A stretch of DNA of 64,000 bases from Macrostomum lignano (taxonomy: Eukaryota), in the NCBI GenBank assembly GCA_002269645.1, contig NIVC01003957.1, forward strand, positions 3,546 through 67,545, written 5' to 3'. Of the stretch, positions 47,801-60,655 are shown one piece after another. The notes under the pieces are model-generated. The model was not told the origin of the DNA. It saw nothing but the letters and a program-made list of their open reading frames with translations, and did no database searches. Positions within the stretch are counted from its first letter, which is position 1. Each line of letters opens with the position of its first letter. A program made the position numbers and the translations under genes.

Positions 47801-48418
47801 ATGCATCTGTCACTCTACCAATGCATCTGTCACTCTACCAATGCATCTGTCACTCTACCCGTGCATCTGTCACTCTACCAATACATCTGTCACTCTAACA
47901 ATGCATCTGTCACTCTACCAATGCATCCGTCACTCTACCAATGCATCTGTCACTCTACCAATGCATCTGTCACTCTACCCGTGCATCTGTCACTCTACCA
48001 ATACATCTGTCACTCTAACAATGCATCTGTCACTCTACCAATGCATCTGTCACTCTACCAATGCATCTGTCACTCTACCCGTGCATCTGTCACTCTACCC
48101 GTGCATCTGTCACTCTATCCATGCTCCGACTTACAACCCGACAATTTGCCCATGAAGTTGCGATATTGATAAATAAAGTTGCAGAAGTCAGTAAAAGTTC
48201 CCAGCCATACCTGATGAAGCACTCAGGACGGCTGCAGCAGCCACGGCGGCAGTTACAGGCTTTTGAATTTTTTCATTGTCCTGCTTTTGCTTCTCTTTTT
48301 GATGCTCCTTGTAGCAGACGCTGCACATTCCGTCAAACTGGGTCAGGCCATAGAAGCCACAGCCGATCTTGCACAGATTGGCCGCTATAGTTGACTCCTG
48401 GTCTTCATTGCCAGACAT
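44828..48418 (-). CDS. ZFAND5/6: A20 and AN1 zinc-finger protein (ZFAND5/6 family). Exons 48211-48418, ~47168-47298 (donor uncertain), 46499-46699, 45429-45524, 44828-44976
   Basis: A20: [26 protein letters not shown]1: [15 protein letters not shown]|[26 protein letters not shown]...IRKANPVV...KL*. Phase-1 introns; the low-complexity middle exons are less certain. Confidence 0.85.
45001..45360. repeat. 21-bp minisatellite GTCACTGGCTGTGTGCGGTGA, ZFAND last intron
   Basis: Direct reading; ~10 units contain TGAGTCA. Confidence 0.92.
45575..46215. repeat. Two adjacent minisatellites (CACCTGGGGGATCCGCTCTCTCC; then CATCTATGAGTCATCTCTAA with spacer), ZFAND intron
   Basis: First array ~45575-45880, second ~45890-46215. 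Confidence 0.88.
47480..48122. repeat. 20-bp minisatellite ATGCATCTGTCACTCTACCA, ZFAND intron 1
   Basis: Direct reading. Confidence 0.95.
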
Positions 48419-49793
48419 TGTTAATGAGGCCAACTGTGCTGCAGTATAAATTAGCAAAAAATCATCATTCAGTATTTTTAGCTTTGATTGCTTTATATAT
48501 ACAGAATATAAAAACTATTAAAACTATAGAAGACACATTCTTTTCTTTATTGTGAGACAAATGTAAACTTTTGAGTTATAAATTTTGATACTTTTATATA
48601 ACTATTTCTTGCTTAAAAATCTATAATTCTATGCATTATGAGGCTTATTATTTTAAATAAACTATACTATAATAAAACAGAATTAGTATTTAATAGGATA
48701 GTAAGTCAAAAGGACTTCCATTTTCTTAGGCAAAGCTAACTAACCATCATAGGTATTCAACAAGAGATAATGGCCAATAGCTGAAAGGTCATAAGGGGGG
48801 TTCTAAAATGTGATAACTTAATGCTTATAATGATTGCCAGGATGTCAAGGCTTATAAAGAAATTGCTAAAAGGTTATAGCTCTTCTAAAAGGAATTCTCT
48901 AAGATTCTAAGGCTCATGGAGAGAGTTGCTACAATTTCATGGCTTATAAGGGGGGGGGGGTAAAAACAATTCTATGATTTTATAGGGGGCTCCTGTGGGA
49001 ATTGCTGAAGTATAAATCAAGATCTAATATATTAGGCTAGATAGTTGGCTATTAGGATAGATAATATTTTGCTTTGAATATCCTTTTTTAAAGAAATTAA
49101 CTATAGTGAATAAAGGTCAAAATCTATATTTAGTTAGTTGTCTCCTAAATTAGGGGTGCAAATAGCTAATGTGAAGTATACAAGCTTTATATATTGAAAT
49201 TATAACTATAGTATTTAATATTAGGCACAATTTTGCATTTCTATTTTGTTATCTTATATTATACAGCACTTACTCTTGTCTTACTTTTCTTAACTCTTAA
49301 GACCCAATCTTGAATTTTAGGAAATTATAAAAAGTTGACTTCCAATTTATCTATTAAGATGAGGACTGAGATTATAATTAGACTAACTAATATTGCTGTA
49401 GGCTTATAGAATCAAACAAAGAATTATATTATGAGTCAAACATTTATCATTGGCATTAAACTAATTTGTTTATATATTTTAGTATTATAGTTTTTAATTA
49501 TAGATTTAGAATTAAATATTTTAATAATAGTTTATAATTTCTATAAAATAGACTCTATAATCTATAAAATAGGGTTATTATAGTATAAGCCTAGTATAAG
49601 CCTAGTATATATGACTGTTGCAAAATCTAGGCCTAGCCCTAAGGCTGATATTAGCAAAATACAAGTGTTATTAGGTGATAGCCAATAGAACAAAAAATCA
49701 TAAATGTCTTATTCCAACTGCCTATTCCAGATATTATCATTTTTAATGTAACTTATAAGTCTAAAGTACTATACAATAAAATGTATTAATTTA

Positions 49794-50375
49794 GGATGGG
49801 TGTCCCAAAAGTTATCAGAATCATTGCTTTAGCTCCCCAGTACCTTGACCAACTTTTATGTTTTATATGTCAAACTAAAGATATTTCTTCAATGAAAAAA
49901 TTGTCATTTGAATTTCCTTTCTATCTTGTTTTGGTTTTGGATTAGGCTATTAGGTATGGAGAAATGGAGAAAATTTTTCTATGGAGAAAACTCATCTAGA
50001 AACTTTAGCCGAAAGCAAGCACTTGGTATGGTTGTATAGAATAAGCAGGTGTTAGCACCATTATATCTAATTAGCAATTTTACTGGTTTCATCCATAGAC
50101 ATTTCCACATCTTTCTGACAAATTCAAACTTGAATTTTGCAAAAAATGATAATAGAAAAATGACATCACAGACATTCAAGGTTGTGTAACACTAGTTGCT
50201 AACCTTCCTTTATATTTCCTGGTATAATTCAAAACAGAAACAAGATAGAAAGGAAATTCAAATGACAATTTTTTTCATTGAAAAAATTATTTCTAGTTTG
50301 ACACAAAACATAAAAATTGGTCAAGGTACTGAGGAGCTAGAGCAAAGATTCTAAGAACTTTTGGGACACCTCTTG
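49794..50375. mobile_element. Tc1/mariner-type MITE, 582 bp, ~140-bp TIRs
   Basis: TA|GGATGGGTGTCCCAAAAGTT...TTGTCATTTGAATTTCCTTTCTATCTTG at left; mirror image ending AACTTTTGGGACACCTCTTG|TA at right. Confidence 0.8.
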
Positions 50376-51334
50376 TATATTGATTAACTATGTATATCAT
50401 GTCTATATCTTGAAACATTTAAAAAAAAACAATGTGTTAAAGAAACCAAAAGCAAAACAAAATAGCAAAGCCAAAAGTAGGCCTAGCAGTAATTGTTTAA
50501 ATAGGCCTAGGCCCTAAGTCAATATGGTATTCCTTCAATTTATGATTATTTTGTCACTTATATTTTGGTTCATAACCCTATATCATTTTCTATTTTAGTG
50601 ATCACGGCTTGTTCAAAAGAAGCAATTTTTTAACTAGGCTTGTTCATTTTACTAGAAAACTAAATGAATTAGCCATTTCCCATGGCATGGCATTTACAAA
50701 GATCTTATATATATGCACTATGGTTTATGATCATTCAAATAGTAGAAATATATAAATGTTTATGAACCAAAGATCCTAAACCAACTAAGATAACTGTCAT
50801 ATAACAATTGTCAACATAGTTATACTTTGCTATATTCAGTTGTTTTAGAGTTCATAAGCAGCTATATAAAAATATAGAACTAGAAGTTTGACACAAATTG
50901 CTTTTTGTAGCTTTATTCTATTGATTATGGTTCAAAAGTCACAAGTGCTTAAATTTCAAAAACATGATAAATAGGACCTTACTGTGGAATAACCCAAATG
51001 ATTATAAACCAAAAACAAAGTGGATATATAGGATTGTCTTCATTGAACAGTTCTAGAATATGAAATGATATAGGCCTAATAAAAAACTTTTACTTTCAGT
51101 TCACCAAACTGATTTTATTGGATCCTTTTTATCAAATAGTTATATCTATATAAACATCTCTATATTATATTATTCTGGTTAGCATTGCCATTTGATTGTT
51201 TGATAACAAAAATAAAAAGGATTTAAATGATTTAAGATTAGGGGCCTATTAGTTTGAAATGATTAAAACTACTTCTTTGTTATCTTTCTTATGAGGATCT
51301 TTACCAATTTTAGGGACTATAAGTATAAAACCAA

Positions 51335-51417
51335 AGGAATGGCATCAATGCTATCTAGACTAGAACAATGAGAGCAGCTCTCATTGTTCTAGTCTAGATA
51401 GCATTGATGCCATTCCT
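51335..51417. repeat. Perfect 83-nt palindrome (41-bp arms, 1-nt loop)
   Basis: AGGAATGGCATCAATGCTATCTAGACTAGAACAATGAGAGC-A-GCTCTCATTGTTCTAGTCTAGATAGCATTGATGCCATTCCT, checked base by base. Confidence 0.95.
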
Positions 51418-51567
51418 AGCTAGTTCTTATAAATTTATTTGAACTTTGAAATTCTATCTATTATTTAACTTCATAAGATCATAAGACTAAATAGGCCTAT
51501 TATTATTATATAAATACTATATTGCCTTGGCATAATAAAGGCAACATGGTAGCATACACTATCTATA

Positions 51568-52126
51568 TACCTGGATGGAATTCTTGCAGAAAAATCATAA
51601 TGCGTTATGCGATTGCGCGAAAAAAATTCAATTTTGCATCAAAAATCCAGAAAAAATGTGACACAAAATTTTAGACAAAATTGCTAATTCTTAATATATG
51701 CAAAAGTGCGCTTGAGATATTGGATTTTGCAAAAGATAATCCTACTAGCTAAGATCACAAAGAAAAAAATAAAAAGTAAAAACTAAATAAGGCACAAAAG
51801 TAAAATTTCGAAAAAATTCTCAAAAAGTAGAAACTCATAACATTCTCTAACATACATATTTGGATGGAAAAATTGAAGTCACTACATTTTCTTAGAATGC
51901 ATTTTTCGTTATTGTCTTATTGATTACTTTATTTATTATTCATTGACCATTGATGAAGCTTTTATAGGTTCAGGCAGTAGCTAAGCCATTAAAAAACTTG
52001 TTTTTACCATTTTGTGACGTGCTAAGTACCAAAAAAATTGCAACCAATAAAAAATATTTTGCGTGCCATAAAAAAATTGCATAATTCTGTTTGACTTAAG
52101 AAATACAAGAATTCCATCCTGGTCTA
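51568..52126. mobile_element. Unclassified non-autonomous element with short TIRs CCWGGATGGAATTCTTG
   Basis: CCTGGATGGAATTCTTG at 51570 and CAAGAATTCCATCCTGG at ~52106-52122, flanked by TATATA on both sides. Confidence 0.55.
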
Positions 52127-54392
52127 TATATAATAGTAGTAGGCCTATGATTTATGAAAGTTTGAGTTATAACTTATATTATTAGGCCTAAAGGCCTACT
52201 GCCAACACTCAATAGATTTTTAATTGACTTTATCAATTAATTAACTACACAGTATTAGCAATGTGATTTAATTGAGGACTAGGGCCTAGCCCCACAGTAA
52301 GTACTAGATCTAGACCTAGGCAAGGGCCTATATCATTAATGTAGGCCTAGGGCCTAGGCCTATGCTCTATTATTATTGAAATTCTACCCTCGCCCTAATG
52401 TTGTTAGGCTAACAACATTAAGCTACATTAAGCTAATGTTGTTAATGCTGTTAAGCATTAAGCTAAGGCCTAATGTTGAAGGAATTTTATTAATAAGCCC
52501 TCCACTAAAAAGATACATCATTCACAGAAGTGAACTGAATTAATGCATGACCACAAACTACGAGTGTAAGTATAGCCATGCAAAATTATGACATGGGAGT
52601 TGAGCTATAAAACAACAAGCAGACAAGCAGCTGATACATCTGGCGCCACTTATACTATAGGGGCCTAAGTTGTATTGTAGGGCCTAGTGTAAGGCCAAAA
52701 TGTGACAAGAAAAAAAATTTAAAGAATTAAATAAGAAACATAGTTATATAGAATAATATATATAGACTATATATACTGTGCTTATAAATCCAGACATAGA
52801 AATGAGAGCTTATGATTGTCTTCTCTGGTTGTCATGCTCAAGATGGAGCAAAACAAAGACGGATGTGTGCACAACTAAACACTCCGTAAACCGGTACTGC
52901 GTTACAAAAATTAAGGTGGAAAAACAAAAAAAACACTGTATCACAAAGTTTAATTAAAAAACTGCTAAAAGTAACATTTTTAATTTTAAAAACAAAGAGT
53001 TCTAAGATTATTATTTGTTTGGCATTTAATAAGTGCTTTCTATAATGAACTCTTTTTTGTCCTTTGGTTTAAATTTTGCTGAATATTAGGTCCAATTTAA
53101 GTACCATGACAACAAGAGCCAAGGCTCCTGGGATATAGGCTTGACGTTCGTTCTCAGAAGGTCGGATCAGATAATTTCTTTGGGTCGTAAAAACTACAAT
53201 ACAACATACAATATGCTATAATACAATGATTATATGCAGATCTCAATTTTATGATTCATACCATGACACTTGACGTACACTGTAAATGTACATACAGTAT
53301 TCATGGACACTGATAAGCAAATTCTTAATTGAAAAAATACAAAATTGATGACAGCGACAGGCAATTTGCAATGGCAACTGTTTACATGCCCTTTGAACAA
53401 CAGTCAGCCCACCCAGTCCCAGATCGGACACATTCCAATGCAAAAACGTAGATTTCATTTCTACATGTACGAGAATAATACAATTATGTGACCCTTTTGT
53501 TTGTAGTGCAATAAATGCGAGTTAATCAAGTATTTTTTAAATAACAAATAATATTGGTTAATTGAGCCAGAATCTCGAGTTTATTGACGCATGAGGAAAA
53601 ATCAATTCCGCGCACAACAGATTTACCGCGGCAAAACGGCCTAAAAGAACAGCATTAATTGAAGTACAATAAAGTCAATTAAAAATTTACGCTACATTTG
53701 ACCTGTAGCATTATTGCACTGGCGACCTAAGGCCTAGTTGCATGATCGAATCAATATGCTGGTCCATACAGAGCATATCCGTAATCACCGAATCTCCAGG
53801 GCCTGCGAGGCTGGAGCCCTGGATTTACTGCTGACGCCAGGCCGCGCCCTGCCCAACAGGTGTAGTAGCAGAGGAAATTTGATTCAAAGCGGAGTTATAG
53901 AGATGCCAAAGCCCAATCTAATCAATCGCAAAGTCTGCTTGCCTTTCGGCAATACTGAAATAAGAGCCAAGCAGTTTCTTCTGATTGCTTTCGAAGAAAT
54001 ATCCTATTACCGCGAATCGATCCTCTGTTTTTATCACTATTTTACCACAGGAATTATTTAACTGAAGTAAAATGTTGATTGAAATAAAAAATACGAACGT
54101 TTTTTCAGGTTTGGATTATGTATAATTTATGCCTGACTTTCATAAGTACGTCACCACAAACTACGCCTCTGGCTAGATGAGTCTCTGGTCCAAACCTCAA
54201 AAATGCTTGCAGATCCCCGCCCGGGGGAGCATTTGGTCCGACAGAACAGCTGACGGCTTCAGTGCAAGTCTCTCTAGCTGGTTCATACGCCATCAAACGT
54301 CCGCAACAGACAGAAACAACACAAAAATGACATTCCAGAGGCAGTGAACAGTCTGTGATTTGAAATCTAACTAACAAAAGAGCACCTCAATT

Positions 54393-54680
54393 ATGGAAAA
54401 TTTCGCTGAAAGCAACGCGGCGTCTACAACACCGTCGGCGACTCCCCGCTCGGCTTCACGCCCAGCGGAGACGGCGACAGCATCGGCTGTGGCAAACTCA
54501 GCGTCGAACTCCGGACTGAAGTTTGGCCAGGCTCTGATCCTGCCAGACGGCCAGCTGGTCCTGGTGAGCACGAGCAGCCAAAGCCTCCAGCATCAGCAGC
54601 CGGCTCGAACCGTCCTCAGCCACAGGTTTGTCAGCCAACAGACAATTTTAAGCTCTGCTGTGCAGCAGCAGCAACAGCAG

Positions 54681-54712
<32 letters not shown>

Positions 54713-54741
54713 GCAGCAGCAGCAAGTCCGGCAGCAGATTA

Positions 54742-54772
<31 letters not shown>

Positions 54773-55730
54773 CTACATCCTTCATCCAATTCGTCAACAG
54801 CCGGTTGTGTGCGCTCAGCCCGTGTACTATCTTCAGTGCCTGCCTGCCAGGCATCACGTTGCCTCGGTGCACCAGCCACAAGTGATTCCAGCGCCAGTTC
54901 GCCGGGCCCAACAGTTTGGCACAAGTGTGCAAATTGTGAAGCAGCAGCAACAAAATCATATTCGATGCCAGCAGCAGTTCAAACCAGCCGTCGCCGCTGT
55001 CATTCGAGCACCGTCGACTCCACCGCCTTCATCGTCTTTGTCTTCTTCTTCCTCGTCTCTGTCGTCGTCGTCGTCCTCGTGCTCCTCGGCATCATCGGCC
55101 GCGCCCAACAAAACTCTTCGCGTGATGCCGAGGATCGCCGCCGACTCGCCGGCCCAGCTTCAGCAGCAGGCCATTGAAAACCAGCGGCAGCAGCAGCAGG
55201 CCTGGTCCACCTGCGCGCTGCCCATTTCGGTGGCGAAGCCTTCCTTCATCGGCACCAGGCTGGAGCATCATCAAGGAGCCGGCAGTCTCGACAGGCGCCA
55301 GCGGCATCGGGAGGAGGCCCCGCTGATGAAGCCGCAGCACCAGCAGCGTCGGGCCTGCGGCTGGGAGGAGGCGACGCGGCTCTTCTACGAACGGCTCTGG
55401 CAGCGAATGCGGAGCCGCGACTCCTGCGAGGTGCTGGCCAGACGGCATCACAAGCTTGGCGGCGCTGCCGCAGCCGCTGCCGCTGCTGCCGCTGCCGCTG
55501 CTGCCGCCGCCGCCGCCGCCGCTGCCGCCGCACCGACTCCAAGCGATGCTTCAAAAGATGACAACGCCTCGAGCGGCTCCGCGAGCGGCGTAGGCGGCAG
55601 CCACACCTTCGCGATCCCCATCAACGCCAAGCTGTTTGAGAAGGCCTGCACGATTCCTTTGCCACCAAAGGACGCCGTGTACTTGTGGCCGCTGACAAAA
55701 TCGGCTACCGCTGTTGAGACGCCAAGATGA
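54393..55730 (+). CDS. Orphan low-complexity protein, 445 aa (polyQ ~21, poly-Ser, polyA ~23)
   Basis: ATG-initiated, GC-rich, stop-free ORF embedded in AT-rich DNA; mixed CAG/CAA and GCN codons; no recognisable domain. Confidence 0.7.
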
Positions 55731-56898
55731 TGCCACTTGGACAGGTGGGTCGTCAATATTCAAAAGTGCATTGCATCGATAATCTCTTGTGTATTTAATC
55801 TCGATGTGTTTGAGAACTGTGAACTCGTTTCCAACTGTGATTACCCACTGCTCACGCCTATGCACGTATCTCGCATTTTTATTTTATATTGGGTTCATTA
55901 AATTTGTGTTTTGTGGTCAGCTTCAACCGCTATATGAGTATAGAAACTGATGCTATTAAGTCTTAAAACGTTTTAAACAGAAAAATTTCAACAATATTCA
56001 AATTTAAAATCAAAACGCGCGACAACTTTTTTGAAAGGGAAAATGAAAACCTGACAAAAGTTAAGATCAATAAAAAACCCGCTGACCAAAGAACCAAATT
56101 TATTAGTTTGCAGAATCTGGAGAGCTGGAAGGACAGTTACAGCTTATGCTAATTAATTTTTGCTTACCTGGATTAATCTCAAATACTTTTCCTGACCTCA
56201 GCAATGGCTGTGCGCTAAACTAAACTATAGTACAACTCTGATTGCCGCCATGGACCTAGAAACCCAGTATTTTATAGGGCTAGATAAACTGTCCCCAAGT
56301 CTTACAAACCGAGTTTCTGTGTCGCGTTAATTCATTCCCAGTTGAATATTTGTAAAGGCGAAACGCGTTCGGAGGGAAAAAGTGTTGGCGAAAATGCCGA
56401 GTTCTCCTCCGCGGATTTCCGAACTGATTGATTTATGTAATGCAGCAGGTAATTTCTGTTGTCTCCAGGCTGCAAAGTTGTCATAAAGCATACAAATATT
56501 TTCGTTTTTAATAACTATTGGCTTTTGTTGACAAACATGAGCGCTCAATATCGCCCCCGCCCCCAGTGTGTAATTCAGTTTTGAGGTCTTTGTCGCGAGT
56601 TCTTCCCTGCCAAAGAGAATTATATGGAATTCGAACTTAATTTTCTTTGCGCTGAAAATGTCTTTCTTAAACTGCCAAGCTGTCCCCAATTCTGTTTGCT
56701 GCCTTCTCCCATTGGGAGCAGAAATATAAAAACCTGCTCCTCTCCTCAGTCTGCGAATCCTAGATCCCAAAATGGGATTGTTTCAGGTTTGAAACAGAAA
56801 TTTAACAAATGGAAATGTCAGTAAGTTGATGATCAAGTATCTGCCTTGCGGTCTTCTTAATTCATAACGCTTGAAAAGAAGTCATTGGCCACAGCACA

Positions 56899-57113
56899 GT
56901 GTCTCAGTGTCTCAGTGTCCCAGTGTCTCAGTGTCTCAGTGTCTCAGTGTCTTAGTGTCCCAGTGTCTCAGTGTCTCAGTGTCTCAGTGTCTCAGTGTCT
57001 CAGTGTCTCAGTGTCTCAGTGTCTCAGTGTCTCAGTGTCTCAGTGTCTCAGTGTCTCAGTGTCTCAGTGTCTCAGTGTCTCAGTGTCTGTTTCTGTGTCT
57101 GTGTCTCAGTGTC

Positions 57114-57150
<37 letters not shown>

Positions 57151-57151
57151 G

Positions 57152-57198
<47 letters not shown>

Positions 57199-57227
57199 GT
57201 GTCTGTCTGTCTGTCTGTCTGTCTGTG

Positions 57228-57270
<43 letters not shown>

Positions 57271-57279
57271 GTGTCTGTG

Positions 57280-57367
<88 letters not shown>
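56899..57367. repeat. (CTCAGTGT)n followed by (GTCT)n microsatellite
   Basis: Direct reading; lies between a GTAAGT donor (56821) and a CAG acceptor (57369). Confidence 0.95.
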
Positions 57368-58099
57368 AGCCCAGCAGCAGGCCAGATGGGATACCCCAAT
57401 GTTTATCTCCACCAGCGGCGGCCGAGATGGCGGCGGTCCGATAGCGGCGGGGCTCCGCGGCATCTAATAAAAACGCCCGATACCCCAGGCCGCTTCTTCC
57501 CGGCCCCCGCCAGCCCGCTGAGGCATTCCTGTCTGCCCAGCCGATGGGATCTTCTGCCACTCGGGATGTTTTGAGTGCCAAACCCCATGTAGCTTCATAA
57601 TTTGTTATCCGCCGTGAATTCGCCCAGAAACTGCTGCAGTTATTTTTACAGCATTCGACGGTGGAAGGCGCGCAGCAGTGAAACGGCAGTTTATGCATGT
57701 ATAATTGAAATCTTTGGCAGAGCAAACTGCCAATGCAGAATTTGGTGAGGGCGGGGGGCACCGTTTAAAAACGAGCGCAGAGAGTTATTTATTTGCACTG
57801 GGCATCGTAGCGACACTGTTACAGCAGAACCTGGCCGCTTTCGCCATCCGGATGCTTTTGCTGCAACTTTGGTTGCTGTGCAAAGAGGCAGGGGGGAGCT
57901 GCAGCTGCATCATTTGATACTCGTACAGGAGGGCAGTTGAATCGCAAAATTTTTGATAAAAATTTTCATATTTAAAAATTTTGATGGCAGAAATATTAAG
58001 CAATGAATATATAGGCTTGTCAATTTACACAAAGTCAGTCCGTGTTCTGTTGGGCTTGGGGTGGCCTCTGACCATCGATCGTTCGCGCAAATGGAGCCA

Positions 58100-58990
58100 C
58101 GTCTATTAACTCATCTGGCGCCATGTCTATTAGCCCATCTGGCGCCATGTCTATTAGCCCATCTGGCGCCATGTCTATTAGCCCATCTGGCGCCATGTCT
58201 ATTAGCCCATCTGGCGCCATGTCTATTAGCCCATCTGGCGCCATGTCTATTAGCCCATCTGGCGCCATGTCTATTAGCCCATCTGGCGCCATGTCTATTA
58301 GCCCATCTGGCGCCATGTCTATTAGCCCATCTGGCGCCATGTCTATTAGCCCATCTGGCGCCATGTCTATTAGCCCATCTGGCGCCATGTCTATTAGCCC
58401 ATCTGGCGCCATGTCTATTAGCCCATCTGGCGCCATGTCTATTAGCCCATCTGGCGCCATGTCTATTAGCCCATCTGGCGCCATGTCTATTAACCCATCT
58501 GGCGCTATGTCTATTAGCCCATCTGGCGCCATGTCTATTAACCCATCTGGCGCTATGTCTATTAGCCCATCTGGCGCCATGTCTATTAGCCCATCTGGCG
58601 CCATGTCTATTAGCCCATCTGGCGCCATGTCTAACCTATCTGGCGCCATGCCTATTGGCTTATCTGGCGCCATGTCTATTGGCTTTTCTGACGCCATGTC
58701 TAATAAACTGGCGCCATGTCTATTAGCCCATCTGGCGCCATGTCTATTAGCCTATCTGGCGCCATGTCTAACCCATCTGGCGCCATGCCTATTGGCTTAT
58801 CTGGCGCCATGTCTATTGGCTTTTCTGACGCCATGTCTAATAAACTGGCGCCATGTCTATTAGCCCATCTGGCGCCATGTCTATTAGTCCATCTGGCGCC
58901 ATGTCTATTAACTCATCTGACGCCATGTCTAATAACTTATCTGGCGCCATGTATAATAAACCATCTTACGCCATTTCTATTATCCCATCT
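58100..58990. repeat. 24-bp minisatellite CTGGCGCCATGTCTATTAGCCCAT with a 120-bp higher-order duplication
   Basis: Direct reading; 58621-58740 repeats as 58741-58860. Confidence 0.95.
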
Positions 58991-59874
58991 GGCGCTATAT
59001 CTTTATCAACCTGGCACCAACCGCAATCAATCAAAGCCAATTCGAATCCATCGTTCAGTCAGCAAAACTGTCAGACATAATTTTAGTCACCGAAGCCAGA
59101 CTCAGGATACTGGTCTCAACCAGCTTCATCAACTGTCGCCTCCTGTCCGCTTCCTCGGCACTGTTTGATGGGAAGCTGGCGGCGAAGAGGTTGGCGAAGG
59201 CCGGCTCGTCCGCCAGCAGGTTGGCAATGGACTGGCTCGGGTACACCGACCTGTACACGAAGGCCTGCTGCACCTCCATCAGCTTGTCGTTGGCCATCCT
59301 CAGCCGCAGGAGGGCTCGAGCCGGATCCTCCTGCACCGGGCCGCCGTCCAGCCACAGCCGCCGCAGCGGCTCGAGCGTCTCAGATTCGAAACGGCGCAGC
59401 GCCCGTCTGGCGCGACGCATCTGGCGTCGAAACTCGGCCTCCATGGTCGCCCAGCCAGCCGGTTGGTCCTGGGTTCGAGTCCACAGCGACACCCTGGCTT
59501 GGCCAACCAGCCTGCCCATGGCGTACTCGATCTCCTGGGAGAACTCGGTGAGATTCCCGGCAGCACGGCGGAATCCAGCAGGGTGTACACAATGCCCAGG
59601 TAGTTCTGCACTGTGGCCAGGTGCGCCCTGCCTCCGGGGTCGATCATCCGGTAGAGCCTGGCGGTGTCGTACCGGCTGTGGTAGAGGTCGTACACAACCA
59701 TGCGGTCTCGTTGGGCCGGATGTAGGACAGGTCCACGATGGGGACGCCCAGCGTGCGCCAGAACACGTAGTAGTCGGAGTAGGCGTCTGGCGTCTTGTAG
59801 AAGTGGTAGCGACTGTCGCCGTTGGGGTCCGGGTTGGGCACCTGTTGCAGGAGAGGGAGCGAAGAGGGAGCGAA

Positions 59875-60655
59875 GAGGGTCAGAGGAGGCTGGATCGGGC
59901 GTCAGAGATACCAGTATGGAGTGTCAGGAGGGGCTGGATCGGGTGTCAGAGATGCTAATATGGAGTGTCAGGAGAGGCTGGATCGGGTGTCAGAGATACT
60001 AATATGGAGTGTCAGGAGAGGCTGGATCGGGTGTCAGAGATGCTAATATGGAGTGTCAGGAGAGGCTGGAACGGGTGTCAGAGATGCTAATATGGAGTGT
60101 CAGGAGAGGCTGGAACGGGTGTCAGAGATGCTAATATGGAGTGTCAGGAGGGCTGGATCGGGTGTCAGAGATACTAATATGGAGTGTCAGGAGAGGCTGG
60201 AACGGGTGTCAGAGATGCCAGTATGGAGTGTCAGGAGAGGCTGGAACGGGTGTCAGAGATGCCAGTATGGAGTGTCAGGAGAGGCTGGAACGGGTGTCAG
60301 AGATGCTAATATGGAGTGTCAGGAGGGGCTGGAACGGGTGTCAGAGATGCTAATATGGAGTGTCAGGAGAGGCTGGAACGGGTGTCAGAGATGCCAGTAT
60401 GGAGTGTCAGGAGAGGCTGGAACGGGTGTCAGAGATGCTAATATGGAGTGTCAGGAGGGCTGGAACGGGTGTCAGAGATGCTAATATGGAGTGTCAGGAG
60501 AGGCTGGAAGGTGTCAGAGATGCCAGTATGGAGTGTCAGGAGAGGCTGGAACGGGTGTCAGAGATGCTAATATGGAGTGTCAGGAGGGGCTGGATCGGGC
60601 GTCAGAGATACCAGTATGGAGTGTCAGGAGGGGCTGGATCGGGCGTCAGAGATCC
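59875..60655. repeat. 44-bp minisatellite, GCPII-like intron 3
   Basis: GGAGTGTCAGGAGAGGCTGGAACGGGTGTCAGAGATGCTAATAT, period 44. Confidence 0.95.

Noticed and set aside
53738-54377. Short ORFs upstream of the polyQ gene on both strands
   Set aside because: No recognisable motifs and no consistent exon chain could be built.
58035-58863. 220-aa MAPDGLID-repeat ORF and other open frames
   Set aside because: A 24-bp unit without stops is open in several frames on both strands; no independent evidence of coding.
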